Positions 29,585-40,779 are shown, counted from the stretch's first letter. The stretch: 64,000 bases of DNA from Candidatus Poribacteria bacterium (GCA_965215015.1 OZ244042.1:5664001-5728000); one strand, 5' to 3'. The notes: generated from the sequence alone by a model not told the origin. Numbers and translations are program-made.

Positions 29585-30724
29585 ATGAAGATTGTAGACA
29601 TAAAAACTCAAACATTCAAATATAAGACGAATAAAGTGAGTGACTCCGAGGGCCACGCACATCCTGGACCTGAACACGACGCAACTCAAGCACTACTCAC
29701 GATTGTCACCGATGAAGGCCTGGAGGGTTACGCCTTTGGTGGCAGCCCCGACATCGCGGAGCAGATCTTCAAGCCCGCACTGGTTGGGGAAGACCCACTC
29801 TATCGTGAAAAACTATGGCAACGACTCAAGCAGTGGCAGCGAATCCATCGAAACCTCACAGACAATGTGATCGGTGTAGCGGACATGGCACTGTGGGATC
29901 TTGCGGGTCGATGCTTTGATCAGCCGGTCTATAAGCTGCTGGGAGGCTATCGAGACAAAATCCTCGCCTACGCTAGCACCATGTGCGGTGACGAAGAGCC
30001 AAGGGGGCTCAGCAGCCCAGATGACTACGCTCGGTTCGCTGAGTGGTGCATGCAGCGTGGTTACAAGGCAATCAAGCTGCACACTTGGATGCCACCCATT
30101 CCATGGGCACCCGACCCCAAGATGGATGTCAAAGCGTGCGCCGCCGTGCGAGAGGCGGTCGGTGACGATGTTCCTCTGATGCTGGACTGCTACCATTACT
30201 ACAGTCGGGAGCAGGCACTCTATATCGGCAAGGAACTTGAGAAGCTCAACTACTACTGGTTTGAGGAACCGATGGATGAACACAGTACCTCTTCTTATGT
30301 GTGGCTGGCGGAACAGCTGGATATCCCGGTTGTGGGACCCGAAACCGCTGAGGGAAAGATGTACACCAGAGCAGAGTGGATTCTGCGCGGTGCTGCGGAC
30401 ATCCTGCGAGGTGGTGTGGGAGATGTGGGAGGGATTACACCGTTGATGAAAATCGTGCACCTGGCAGAATCCTTTGGCATGGCGATGGAGGTACACGGCG
30501 GCGGAGCCGGAAATCTCCAGGTGTTAGGCGCGATGGGTATCCCCGGCGAATTCTACGAGCGGGGGCTCCTCCATCCGTTTATCGACTACGATGAAGTCGA
30601 ACCTTGGCTGAATTCGAGGATTGACTTTATGGACGACGAGGGATACGTCCACCTGCCGCAGGGGGCGGGGCTAGGCTACGACATCAATTTCGATTACATC
30701 GAAGAGAACGCTGTCGAGACTTAA
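29585..30724 (+). CDS. Mandelate racemase/enolase superfamily dehydratase
   Basis: DMALWDLAG, KLH, LMLD, WFEEP, GPE. Confidence 0.9.
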   Translation: MKIVDIKTQTFKYKTNKVSDSEGHAHPGPEHDATQALLTIVTDEGLEGYAFGGSPDIAEQIFKPALVGEDPLYREKLWQRLKQWQRIHRNLTDNVIGVADMALWDLAGRCFDQPVYKLLGGYRDKILAYASTMCGDEEPRGLSSPDDYARFAEWCMQRGYKAIKLHTWMPPIPWAPDPKMDVKACAAVREAVGDDVPLMLDCYHYYSREQALYIGKELEKLNYYWFEEPMDEHSTSSYVWLAEQLDIPVVGPETAEGKMYTRAEWILRGAADILRGGVGDVGGITPLMKIVHLAESFGMAMEVHGGGAGNLQVLGAMGIPGEFYERGLLHPFIDYDEVEPWLNSRIDFMDDEGYVHLPQGAGLGYDINFDYIEENAVET

Positions 30725-30780
30725 AAATAAATGAGCCAAGCCGAGGCATGTTGCCACCAATAGAAGGGACAATCGTACTA

Positions 30781-31491
30781 ATGAAACTCGAGAACCAAGT
30801 TGCAATTATTACCGGGGGCGGACGCGGAATTGGTAGATCAACTGCGCTCGCCTTTGCACAGGAAGGGGCAGATTTGGTGCTTGCGGCGCAAACACTCTCA
30901 GAGATTGAAGCCGTCGCAGGCGAGGTATGTGCACTCGGTCGCCAAGCCCTCGCAATACCAACCGATGTAACGCAAAAATCGCAGGTGGCCGCGATGGTCG
31001 AACGGACGCTCGACAGATTCGGCAGGGTCGATATTCTTGTCAGCAACGCGGGCGTTGCGATCCACAACCCGATTCCCAAGATTCGTGAGGAAGATTGGGA
31101 CCTCAATATCGCCGTTAACCTCAAAGGTGTCTTCCTCTGCACGCAGGCAGTGTTTAGTCACATGTGTGATCGGAACTCCGGACATATCGTCAACGTCTCG
31201 TCAGTCTCCGGCAAAGCTGGACACCCCAACGGCGGGGCGTACTGCGCCGCCAAATTTGGCGTTGTCGGTTTTACTGAGACCACGAATAACGAAGGCCGTC
31301 CGCACGGTGTCAGAGCAAGTGTGGTGTGTCCGGGGCCCGTCAACACCAGAATGCGCCGAGATAATCATCCGGACGATGTCATTGAGCATCTAACCTTGCC
31401 AGAAGAAGTCGCGGACTTAATCCTGTTTCTCGTCTCGCAATCCCCACGTGCTCACATTCTTGAAACAGTCATCCGGACGCCTCTGATGTGA
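30781..31491 (+). CDS. Short-chain dehydrogenase/reductase
   Basis: TGGGRGIG, NAG, YCAAK. Confidence 0.93.
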   Translation: MKLENQVAIITGGGRGIGRSTALAFAQEGADLVLAAQTLSEIEAVAGEVCALGRQALAIPTDVTQKSQVAAMVERTLDRFGRVDILVSNAGVAIHNPIPKIREEDWDLNIAVNLKGVFLCTQAVFSHMCDRNSGHIVNVSSVSGKAGHPNGGAYCAAKFGVVGFTETTNNEGRPHGVRASVVCPGPVNTRMRRDNHPDDVIEHLTLPEEVADLILFLVSQSPRAHILETVIRTPLM

Positions 31492-31608
31492 ATATCGTGA
31501 AACGTGACAGGGACGGAAAATTTGGGAGCCAGATAAGCAACGCCCATTAAACCCCAAACTGCCCGATCGAATTAAGATTCCCAAAGGTGTGAAAATCAAG
31601 GAGGTCAA

Positions 31609-32055
31609 ATGGTAATTCGTCTACTCAGTATCTGGATCACTCTGGTTCTGTGTGCCTCATCGTGGGGATGGGCTTCTATACCCGAGGAGGCCGCTGACCT
31701 CACCTTCATCTTGCGTGCAAATCCGATCCAAATCTCACATCAAAAGCAGGAAGCCATTTCGTTCAATCCAAGAGAATCGACGCCGATCCGCCTATTCTCG
31801 ACTGGGATTATTCGTCTTTACCAGAAATACATTTCAACGCAAGATCTACCTGCCTGTAACTTTTCTCCAAGTTGCTCCCGGTTCGGGATGGGTGCCATCC
31901 AGAGATACGGTTTCTTTCGGGGTATACTGTTGACAGCAGACCGCCTGCTGCGCGATAACGGAATCATGCTGCATACGCACTACCACTTTGATGAAGCGAG
32001 TGGCAAGTATATTGATCCGGTTGAGGTGTATTCACAGGAAGTGTTAACAAAATGA
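31609..32055 (+). CDS. YidD-like (haemolytic domain) protein with signal peptide
   Basis: YQKYIS...CNFSPSCSRFG..AI.RYG..RG.LL..DRLLR. Confidence 0.82.
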   Translation: MVIRLLSIWITLVLCASSWGWASIPEEAADLTFILRANPIQISHQKQEAISFNPRESTPIRLFSTGIIRLYQKYISTQDLPACNFSPSCSRFGMGAIQRYGFFRGILLTADRLLRDNGIMLHTHYHFDEASGKYIDPVEVYSQEVLTK

Positions 32056-32915
32056 TTCATCAGCACGCCATTTTTCTCATCGTACTCTGCTGCGTTTTTC
32101 CCGCATTGATGGCAATTGCAGACGGTCCGCCAATTGATTATTATCAGTCTGAAAACGTCCGCAAGTTTGCGGATTACCTCTACACTCAAGGCGACTATCT
32201 CCGCGCAGCGGGTGAATATCAGCGTTACCTCTTTTCTGAACCAACCCCTTTGGGGGACAACGTTTTACGCCGAATAGCTGATAGCTATCGTTTGGGTGGT
32301 CAACCTGACCGTGCCGTTCAATTTCTCGAAACGCAATCCGATTCCAATTTGGCACGATATGAGTTAGGCGCGACCTACTTTTTGATGAAACAGTACGACG
32401 AGTCCATCCGCTTTCTCAAAGAATCACAGGATCTGTTTCAGGGAGAAGAGTATCGCTGGAAGTCACAGATACTGATTGGCGTGAATAAGCTGATGCAGAA
32501 GCGGTGGGAAAATTCGGTTCAACACTTCGACCAGTTTAACTTGAGTGGGCTGCCGGAGGCTGCTGGTCAGCGTGTGTCAATGTACAAAAAGTACGCCGAA
32601 GATGGGAGAAACCTTCCGTCTAAAAGCCCACTGTTGGCAGGATTCTTCTCCACTGTGCTACCCGGTAGCGGCAGGGTCTATGTTGGACGTCCCAACGATG
32701 CACTGTTCACTCTGTTCCTTCTGGGGGTATTGGGGTGGGGGGCTTACGACGGGTTTTCCGAAAATGGCGTTTCATCACGCAAGGGATGGACATTAGGGAC
32801 GATTGGGGGTATTTTCTATCTCGGCAATATCTATGGCTCTGTCGTCGCAGCACAGGTGCATAATCGGCGAACGGAAGCAGCGTTTTTGGCGACAATCCCG
32901 CTTGAGATTCCGTAG
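32052..32915 (+). CDS. TPR protein with C-terminal membrane domain
   Basis: TPR-like helices, KSPLLAGFFSTVLPGSGRVY; start overlaps the upstream stop. Confidence 0.8.
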   Translation: MIHQHAIFLIVLCCVFPALMAIADGPPIDYYQSENVRKFADYLYTQGDYLRAAGEYQRYLFSEPTPLGDNVLRRIADSYRLGGQPDRAVQFLETQSDSNLARYELGATYFLMKQYDESIRFLKESQDLFQGEEYRWKSQILIGVNKLMQKRWENSVQHFDQFNLSGLPEAAGQRVSMYKKYAEDGRNLPSKSPLLAGFFSTVLPGSGRVYVGRPNDALFTLFLLGVLGWGAYDGFSENGVSSRKGWTLGTIGGIFYLGNIYGSVVAAQVHNRRTEAAFLATIPLEIP

Positions 32916-32929
32916 CCAAATCTCGGTTG

Positions 32930-34030
32930 TTACTGCTTGGATTCAAGCAGTGTAACCCCTGTGGTTCGGTCAAACAGATGTACCTTGGTTGGCTTAAAAC
33001 GGATTGGCACACAGTCGCCGCGGTCAATACGTGCCTCAGGGTGGGTTCGTGCCTTAAAAGTCACGCCCTCCAATTCCAATGTGAGAAACAGGTCGCTGCC
33101 CAACGGTTCTCGCACCACAACGGTGGCGTAGGCGGTGGGTGCCTCATGTGACAACACCTCAATATCTTCTGGCCGTACCCCGAGCTGTACCTCTGCCGAA
33201 GCGTTCTCAATCAGGCGTTGTGTCGGTGCAGGCGTAAATTCACAGGTATATCCTGCCCCCTTTACCAGCCACTGATCACTCCCGCCGTTTTGCAATTGAC
33301 CATCGAAGAAATTCATCGGTGGACTTCCCACAAAGCCAGCAATGAACGCATTAGCAGGTTGATTGTAAATTGCTTCAGGCGTTCCCAGCTGTTGAAGTTT
33401 ACCCTCATTGAGTACTACAATCCGATCCGACATGATGAGCGATTCCGCCTGGTCGTGTGTGACATAGACAAAGGTTTTTTTTAATTCAGCGTGCAGCCGC
33501 TTGAGCTCGGTGCGCATCGTCACACGCAATTTGGCGTCGAGATTGGACAGGGGTTCGTCGAGCAGAAACACATGGGCATTCCGGACGATGGCGCGCGCTA
33601 ATGCCACGCGTTGTCGCTGTCCCCCGCTGAGTTCACGCGGCTTCCTTTTAAGCAGATGATCAATCTCCATCGCCTTCGCCGCCTCCTGCACGAGCCGTTC
33701 AATCTCGTCCGTCGGTGTACGGCGCATCCGCAACCCAAAAGCGATGTTATCGTATACTCGCATGTGCGGGTATAGCGCGTAGGTTTGGAAAACCATTGCT
33801 ATATCGCGTCGTTCCGGTGGAACATCGGTTACATCGTCGTTGTCGAAAAACACCCGTCCGCTCGTCGGATCCTCTAGTCCTGCGATGATATTCAACGTTG
33901 TGGTCTTGCCACACCCCGACGGTCCCAGCAACGTCAAAAACTCGCGATCGACAATTTCTAGGGTCAGGTCGTCTACCGCAACGACCTCTCCAAAATGTTT
34001 CGTAAGATGCTCGATAACAACTTTTGCCAA
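32930..34030 (-). CDS. Sugar ABC transporter ATPase (MalK-like)
   Basis: GPSGCGKTT, LSGGQRQR, DEPLSNLD; TTG start with RBS. Confidence 0.95.
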   Translation of the reverse strand: MAKVVIEHLTKHFGEVVAVDDLTLEIVDREFLTLLGPSGCGKTTTLNIIAGLEDPTSGRVFFDNDDVTDVPPERRDIAMVFQTYALYPHMRVYDNIAFGLRMRRTPTDEIERLVQEAAKAMEIDHLLKRKPRELSGGQRQRVALARAIVRNAHVFLLDEPLSNLDAKLRVTMRTELKRLHAELKKTFVYVTHDQAESLIMSDRIVVLNEGKLQQLGTPEAIYNQPANAFIAGFVGSPPMNFFDGQLQNGGSDQWLVKGAGYTCEFTPAPTQRLIENASAEVQLGVRPEDIEVLSHEAPTAYATVVVREPLGSDLFLTLELEGVTFKARTHPEARIDRGDCVPIRFKPTKVHLFDRTTGVTLLESKQ

Positions 34031-34078
34031 AAAATCCCTCCTCTTCTTTTCTTTGCGTTTTAGCACCCTTTTGCAAGG

Positions 34079-34936
34079 CTATCCCGTCACCGCGCCGCCA
34101 ATGCCGTGAATGATGAATCGTTGGAAGATGAACGCAAGGATAATGGGGAGCAGCACCACCAAAACCCCACCGGCGGCAATAATTGTAAAGTCGATTTGCA
34201 GCTCCTGTGCAAAGTCCGAGGCCACTACAGTCACGGGCTTTGAAAATATGGTAGAGGTGAACAAGAGGGCAAAGAAAAATTCCCCCCACGACGAGATAAA
34301 GGAGAAAATGCCCACCGCAATCATGCCGGGCGTTGTCACTGGCAGGAACACGCGGAACAGTGCACCGAGACGAGAGCATCCATCAACCCGCGCCGCGCGC
34401 TCCAAATCGAGCGGCACTGTCTGGAAATAGCCCTTGAGAATCCAGATAGTGAACGGTAGCGTAAAGGTGACATGGGCGAGAATAACCGCAATGTGGGTAT
34501 CTAACAAGCCGTAACTGCGCATGACGAGATACATCGGTATCATAATCGCCACCCCCGGCACACTGCGTGAACCCAGATAGAACAGCAACAGTGCGAGGTT
34601 ACCACCAAAATTCATCCGTGCCAGCGCGTACGCTGCGAGCGATCCGAAGAACAGATTGATAAACATCACCGTGCCTCCGATGATGAAGCTGTTGACGATC
34701 GCGCGCGGAAACTGCCGTGCGGTCGCCGCCCCGATTTCCGCACTGTCCCCGTATATACGGAAATACATCAGATAGTTTTCCAGCGTCGGGTCACGTGGAA
34801 TCCAATGCAGCTGAGTCGCTTCGCGTTCTTGCATGAAGCTAACCAACACAACCCACAAGTACGGTATTACAATATACAACGCCGCGATCAGCACAAGGAC
34901 ATATAAAATAGTTCGTTTGACAACTGCTCTATTCAC
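34079..34936 (-). CDS. Carbohydrate ABC permease (MalG-like)
   Basis: LERAARVDG EAA loop; multiple TM helices. Confidence 0.93.
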   Translation of the reverse strand: MNRAVVKRTILYVLVLIAALYIVIPYLWVVLVSFMQEREATQLHWIPRDPTLENYLMYFRIYGDSAEIGAATARQFPRAIVNSFIIGGTVMFINLFFGSLAAYALARMNFGGNLALLLFYLGSRSVPGVAIMIPMYLVMRSYGLLDTHIAVILAHVTFTLPFTIWILKGYFQTVPLDLERAARVDGCSRLGALFRVFLPVTTPGMIAVGIFSFISSWGEFFFALLFTSTIFSKPVTVVASDFAQELQIDFTIIAAGGVLVVLLPIILAFIFQRFIIHGIGGAVTG

Positions 34937-34948
34937 GAGATTCCTTTC

Positions 34949-35920
34949 TTAGCCCTGAACGGTGCCTCGACGATACAGCACTCGAATGTAAATAATCGCC
35001 AGCCCCATCGTGATGAGCGTAATCAGGTAGGAGTAGGCATTTGACCCGCCGAAGTTGAGGCGTCCGAAGGCTTCCTTGTAAGTCTGCCATGCGATGACAT
35101 AGGTTGCATCGCCAGGACCGCCCGCTGTCAGTGCGTAGATGATATCGAAGCCGCCGCGGAAAGCGTTCATCGTTTCAATGATAGCAACAATCATAATCGG
35201 GTGCAGCAGCCACGGCAGCGTGATGTGTTGGAAGCGACGCCATGCGGTCGCGCCGTCCACTTGCGCCGCGCGGTATTGCTCGCCGGGAATTGCCTGTAAC
35301 GCGGCCAAAAAGATAATACATGCAAATGGCACACTCCGCCAGACATGTGCGGCGATGGCGGCGTTGAGCGCGACAAACGGCGAAGCCATGCCTAGATACT
35401 CAATCTCAGCACCTGTCAGGCTATTGAACACCCCGACGAAATCGCCGATCATCTGGTTGAATGCGCCGTGTTCACCGAATAGCCCCGCCCACATCAAGCC
35501 GTTGACGATACCCGGCACCGCCCACGGAATCAATAACAGTGCGCGCGCAAGACCCCGCCCTTTGAATTGCTCATTGAACAGTACGGCAATACCTATCGCG
35601 ACAACGATAACCAACGCTACGGACATTCCTCCAAAATAGAGGGTAACACGCAGCGAATGCCAAAAATCGTAACTGGTTAATACGTCAATATAATTGCCCA
35701 GGCCGACGAAGGCGTACTCTTCTGGACGCCGCAGGTTGTAACGGTGTAGACTGGTCCACAATGACACAACAACCGGATATGCAATCAGCGCAAGGATGAG
35801 AATGACGCTCGGTACGTTGAGTAGATAGGCGAAAATGCGGTCGCCACGTTCTTTCGTCGTCAAGCCCGAAACGGTTTTGGGCTCTGCAACGGTTTCATCT
35901 TCCAAAGTGTTTTCACTCAC
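34949..35920 (-). CDS. Carbohydrate ABC permease (MalF-like)
   Basis: FVGLGNY, YRAAQVDGA, TAGGPG. Confidence 0.93.
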   Translation of the reverse strand: MSENTLEDETVAEPKTVSGLTTKERGDRIFAYLLNVPSVILILALIAYPVVVSLWTSLHRYNLRRPEEYAFVGLGNYIDVLTSYDFWHSLRVTLYFGGMSVALVIVVAIGIAVLFNEQFKGRGLARALLLIPWAVPGIVNGLMWAGLFGEHGAFNQMIGDFVGVFNSLTGAEIEYLGMASPFVALNAAIAAHVWRSVPFACIIFLAALQAIPGEQYRAAQVDGATAWRRFQHITLPWLLHPIMIVAIIETMNAFRGGFDIIYALTAGGPGDATYVIAWQTYKEAFGRLNFGGSNAYSYLITLITMGLAIIYIRVLYRRGTVQG

Positions 35921-35941
35921 AGTTAAATTTCCTCATCAACT

Positions 35942-37315
35942 TTATGTCCACTCCTGCTTCAATTCCCGGCACCGCTTCGCAATCCGCGCTAGCCCATCGC
36001 GTGGAGACAATTGACGGATAAGAATCTTTTGGATTTCGGGCTGCGAATAGAAGTTGAAATCGGGATACCATGGGGCTCTGATATTTTCACGAATGCGTGC
36101 CACTGCCGACAATGCCCTTACCATCTCGATGTCGCCCCATAGTTCGGTTAGGTCAATAATTTCAGGGTCGTCAAGCAAGGACTTGAATGCGAAGCCCAAG
36201 CCCCGCACGCGATACCAATGCCGTGCTGTGTAATAGTCACCTGCCGCATCTTTGCCGCCCAGAAACTGCATTAACTGCCAAGCATCTAACAGGTACTCCT
36301 CACGGCAGTGGGTTGTTAAGCAGTACATCCGCGTCCAACCGAGCGTGCCATTTTGACCCGGTTCAAGGGAAGGAATGTAGGTCATTTTAAGGGGTTTCGC
36401 ATAGTGGGTCTCAGATTCTCGGATGCCCTGCGCCCGAAGATACGCTTCGGCGACAGCACTATTCTCGCGATTATTGACCCATTCCAAATTGTGCCGGGTA
36501 ATCATCGCAAACGCTTGACGCCCTGCTGCCAAATTTTCCAAAATCAGGGGCGAAGTCAGGGAGTTAATATCGATAATACGGTGCCTGTGGATACCGTCGA
36601 CAATCCACTGAAGGATTTTCTCCGCACATCGTCCTTCATCATCAGGAAAAATTGGGTTGAGCTCGTCATCAAACAAATCAATCTCAGAGGCGTAGTTCAA
36701 TGTCCACCAGTCCGTGAAACCGGTAACGGTCTGCCGAAAACCCAGCATAATCGGATACTCGACTAAATCGCCATCAGGACTGCGGACCCTCGCCTCTTTT
36801 ATTTTTCTCGCCTGTTCCGTCAATTCGTCCAGCGTCCGTGCTGCTTTCTCATACCCCGCTGCCTGCACCATCGACTCATTGTATGCCCATATCATAAAAT
36901 CCGCGTAATAGGGCAGCCCGTAGCGTTCCCCTTTGTAACTCATCGCCTCTAGGTTATAGTCAAAGATGTCGTCGCCGTATTCATCCGCTCCGGGCATACT
37001 TTCGTACGGACGGATCCACCCAGCCTCAATCCATTCAACAAAGTCATCATCGCGCACGTAGCAGCAGTCCATCGGTGTTTTGCCGACGAATAAAGCGACC
37101 ATTTTATCGTGGTAGTTGCCCGACACTGCCTCGTAGGCGACATCGATGTTTGACTGCTGCTCGAAATATTCAATGTTCTTACGCACCAGGTCCGGCTCAT
37201 AGGGCCAGCCTTTGAAAATGACGCCTTCGGGCGCATTCCGCCAGCAGCCTGCCATCAAGCCGGCACCTGCCAACGCCGATGTTTTGAGAAAATCACGCCG
37301 CGTTATACCTGCCAC
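35942..37315 (-). CDS. Sugar ABC substrate-binding lipoprotein (Tat), paralog 2
   Basis: TRRDFLK twin-arginine, LMAGC lipobox, YGLPYY. Confidence 0.88.
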   Translation of the reverse strand: MAGITRRDFLKTSALAGAGLMAGCWRNAPEGVIFKGWPYEPDLVRKNIEYFEQQSNIDVAYEAVSGNYHDKMVALFVGKTPMDCCYVRDDDFVEWIEAGWIRPYESMPGADEYGDDIFDYNLEAMSYKGERYGLPYYADFMIWAYNESMVQAAGYEKAARTLDELTEQARKIKEARVRSPDGDLVEYPIMLGFRQTVTGFTDWWTLNYASEIDLFDDELNPIFPDDEGRCAEKILQWIVDGIHRHRIIDINSLTSPLILENLAAGRQAFAMITRHNLEWVNNRENSAVAEAYLRAQGIRESETHYAKPLKMTYIPSLEPGQNGTLGWTRMYCLTTHCREEYLLDAWQLMQFLGGKDAAGDYYTARHWYRVRGLGFAFKSLLDDPEIIDLTELWGDIEMVRALSAVARIRENIRAPWYPDFNFYSQPEIQKILIRQLSPRDGLARIAKRCRELKQEWT

Positions 37316-37453
37316 TTCTCCCTTTCTCGCTCATAGTTTGTCAACCTTGTGGTCGAGATCTGAATCTCGACCTAACTAGGTTTTATAGTTTCTAGCAGGT
37401 CTCCTGACAGTTACTAAATTGACGCTAGCAACAGATCGATACGCTCTAGTGTA

Positions 37454-38827
37454 CTAGGTCCACTCCCGCTTGAATTCCTGACACCGTTTTGCCATCCGTC
37501 CGAGTCCATCGCGGGGAGATTGTTGACGCAGCAAAATTTTCTGGATCTCCGGCTGATAGTAAACATTGAAGTCAGGGAACCACGGGGCTTTAATGTTTTC
37601 CCGGATGCGAGCGACCTGCGATAGTTCTTTAACCAGCTTGATGTCCCCCCACTTCTCCGTCAACGCGACGATTTCAGGGTCATCCATCAGGGAGATGAAC
37701 GCGAATCCTAAGCCCCGGAGCTGGAACCAACGCCGCGCTGTGTAATAGTCACCAGTTGCATCCTTACCTCCGAGGAATTGCATCAACTTCCATCCTTCCA
37801 ACAGCTGATCTTCTTGACAGTGAGCCGTCAAGCTATACATCCGTGTCCATCCCAGCGTACCGTGCTGTCCGGGCTCAAGAGAAGGGAGACGCGCCATCTT
37901 GATCACCTTTGCATGAAGAGCTTCCGTTTCGGGGATGCCGCGTTGGTTCAGATATGTTTCAGAGACAGCGGAGTTTTCGCGATTGTTTATCCATTCTACG
38001 TCATATTTACTCATCAGGCAAAACGTCTGTCTACCCGCTGCAATGTTCTCCCGAATATCCGGCATTGTCAATGAATTGATGTCGATAATCCGGTGCTTGT
38101 GGATACCATCAACAATCCACTGAAGGATTTTCTCCGCCCGCCGCCCCTCATCGTCGGGAAAAATTGGGTTGAAATCATCGTCAAACAGATCGACCCCACT
38201 CGCGTAATTCAGTGCCCACCAGTCGCCGAAGCCGGTGACGTTCTGACGGAAGCCAAGCACAATTGGAGATTCGATAACATCCCCGTCGGGGGATTTCACC
38301 CGTGCCTCTTTGATTTTGATTGCTTGTTCGGTCAACTCTTCCAGTGTCTGCGCGGGTGCATCAAAGCCTGCTGCCTCAAGCATCTGCTCGTTATAGAGCC
38401 AGACAGTAAAGTCAGTATAATAGGGTAGGCCGTAGCGTCTACCCCCATAGGTCATGGCGTCGGAATTATAATCGAAGATATCTTCTAGATACTGGTCGGC
38501 ACCGGGCAGGTCGTCACAAGGACGCAGCCATCCCGCCTCGACCCACTCCGCCAAATCATCATCGCGCACGTAGCAGCAGTCCATCGGTGTTTTACCAACG
38601 AATAACGCAACCATCTTATCGTGGTAGTTACCCGATATGGCCTCGTAGGCAACTTCGACATTCGATTGCCGCTCGAAATATTCGATATTTTCGCGCACGA
38701 GGTCCGGCTCATAGGGCCAGCCTTTGAAAATGACGCCTTCGGGCTTTTTCCGCAGGCAGCCTGTCATCAAGCCAGCACCTGCCAACGCCGATGTTTTGAG
38801 AAAATCGCGCCGCGTGATTCCTTTCAC
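37454..38827 (-). CDS. Sugar ABC substrate-binding lipoprotein (Tat), paralog 1
   Basis: GTG start with RBS, TRRDFLK, LMTGC; clearly homologous to 35942-37315. Confidence 0.88.
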   Translation of the reverse strand: MKGITRRDFLKTSALAGAGLMTGCLRKKPEGVIFKGWPYEPDLVRENIEYFERQSNVEVAYEAISGNYHDKMVALFVGKTPMDCCYVRDDDLAEWVEAGWLRPCDDLPGADQYLEDIFDYNSDAMTYGGRRYGLPYYTDFTVWLYNEQMLEAAGFDAPAQTLEELTEQAIKIKEARVKSPDGDVIESPIVLGFRQNVTGFGDWWALNYASGVDLFDDDFNPIFPDDEGRRAEKILQWIVDGIHKHRIIDINSLTMPDIRENIAAGRQTFCLMSKYDVEWINNRENSAVSETYLNQRGIPETEALHAKVIKMARLPSLEPGQHGTLGWTRMYSLTAHCQEDQLLEGWKLMQFLGGKDATGDYYTARRWFQLRGLGFAFISLMDDPEIVALTEKWGDIKLVKELSQVARIRENIKAPWFPDFNVYYQPEIQKILLRQQSPRDGLGRMAKRCQEFKREWT

Positions 38828-39747
38828 CTCTGTCCTCCGGTTGTTGATTTGCTTTCCGAGTGCAATTTTAGCCGATTTCTCGTTTCTTGTCAAGGATTGT
38901 CTTCTAATTTATAAATTGGGATTCCGTGAGGCAATTTGCAAGGATTTTGGATCTGTCGATATTCCATTTGAGGGGTGCTCATTATTCAATGCGTGTACTC
39001 GCTCGATTTGGGCAAGGTCGCCTTGGCCAATTGTCGGGGCGAGGTCTCCTCGCTCAACGGGTAAGGGTTGGGAGAACCAACCCCTACCTACGAATTGTTA
39101 AGATTTAATAGATTTCTAATTAGCAGTAGCAAAATGTCAACACGCCCTGCCTATCGACACAATCGCATCGTTGACAAGCAGAACAAAGGGATTAGGTTTA
39201 ACCGTTCAACCCAACCTACGCCCACCCCTCAGGTCCCAATATGTCACACGGCAGGGTCCTAAAAAAGCGGAGAACGAGAAAGCGAGAATTGTATAATAAC
39301 TCCTTTCTCGGGTAGATGGGGTCAGGTGTTGATGGTTATCCTGTGAATCCGTAAATCCAAACCCCCAGACTATTGCACAACCGCGCGACGGTGCGGGTAT
39401 CTGCTCGATTCCGATAATAATTCGTGCAATTCGCTTCATCTGCTGAATCCGTGATTCAGGCAATAATTATGAGCACGCCTCATTTAATCGAATTATCCAA
39501 CCCAACATAATATTACATTTCTTTAATACTTTTAACAAATTTGTGTTTTTTTGATCGACAAGCACTTGCATTTTTGATAAATTAAATTATATAAGAGGTA
39601 TTGTAATCAACAATACTAACCAACTCAGGAAACTGAGAATGATTAACAAACCTATCCTGTAAGTCAAATGGGAAGCCCGGTGCAATCTCCAGGCTACTCC
39701 ATAGGGTTTTCCGGATAGACACCTTAATAATTATGGAGGATAAGACA

Positions 39748-40674
39748 ATGTTACGGATAAAAGTATCTTTAATCCTTATAACGCTCCTTGCTATTGGAGC
39801 CATTTGGAGCTTACCCTCAACCGTCGAGGCCCGTGATGTCACATTCCTAGTGTTTAACAACTCGCCCGACGCCTGGGGCGTTTGGGGACCGCCCGCCCGA
39901 GATCCTGCTACATTCGATGGCGGAAAAATTAAAACCGCACTTCAAGGTTTGTGGTACGAGGCAATCTTTAAGCAGTTTGGCTTTACAGAAGGTCAGGACT
40001 ATTTAGAAATCGTTGGTAACGATGTCCCAAAATTTGACAAGGAAATTTGGAGTGGCAAGTGGGATGTCATCGTATTCAGCTACCATATTTGGCGGGATAG
40101 CCCTGAGTTACAGGCATGGATTCAGGACAACGGCAAAAGACTCAAGGAGTTCATGGACGAAGGCCATGGCGTTATCAGCACCGGTGGCAGGGATCCCGAG
40201 GATCGACCGTTAGTAGCCCTGTGGGACGAAATGGACAAGGCACTGGCTGGATTCCCTGTGGCGGATAAATGCTGTCTTGCGTATGTCCCGGACACCCCAT
40301 TGACCAAAGACATGGTGGGCGGCATTATTGATACCTCGAAGTCTCCAGATCCGACCTTCGTGGGGGACGGGGATTTCCCCGGTTACGATAGAAGTAAACT
40401 GCCGGGGCACGCTAATGTGGCAGCCGAAGATATCGGCGATCCTAATATTGCCATTATTGTCTATGGAAGAGTTCAAAGAGGGGCTTATGTTCTGAGTGGT
40501 AGTGCCGAAATTACCAATATGAACATGGGCTTTGGCCAAAAGGAGCTTGGGGCAGGAAATTCATGGCTGCTCTGGCGGAACATGATCGATTGGTTTGAAG
40601 ATGCAAACCTTCGGGCAGTGAATCCGAAGGCAAAGCTCCCTATGACTTGGGCGCAGATCAAGGCCGGTCGATAG
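39748..40674 (+). CDS. Secreted hypothetical protein with V.P..KL...W..IK tail
   Basis: Signal peptide ending VEA; tail AVNPKAKLPMTWAQIK. Confidence 0.82.
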   Translation: MLRIKVSLILITLLAIGAIWSLPSTVEARDVTFLVFNNSPDAWGVWGPPARDPATFDGGKIKTALQGLWYEAIFKQFGFTEGQDYLEIVGNDVPKFDKEIWSGKWDVIVFSYHIWRDSPELQAWIQDNGKRLKEFMDEGHGVISTGGRDPEDRPLVALWDEMDKALAGFPVADKCCLAYVPDTPLTKDMVGGIIDTSKSPDPTFVGDGDFPGYDRSKLPGHANVAAEDIGDPNIAIIVYGRVQRGAYVLSGSAEITNMNMGFGQKELGAGNSWLLWRNMIDWFEDANLRAVNPKAKLPMTWAQIKAGR

Positions 40675-40779
40675 ACAATAATTGTCAACCTAATACTTGG
40701 GGCAAGTTAGACTTGCCCCCTTCCCACAACTTTTATAAGCATCAAAGGAGGATAGCTAAAAAACCAAGGAGGGATTATT

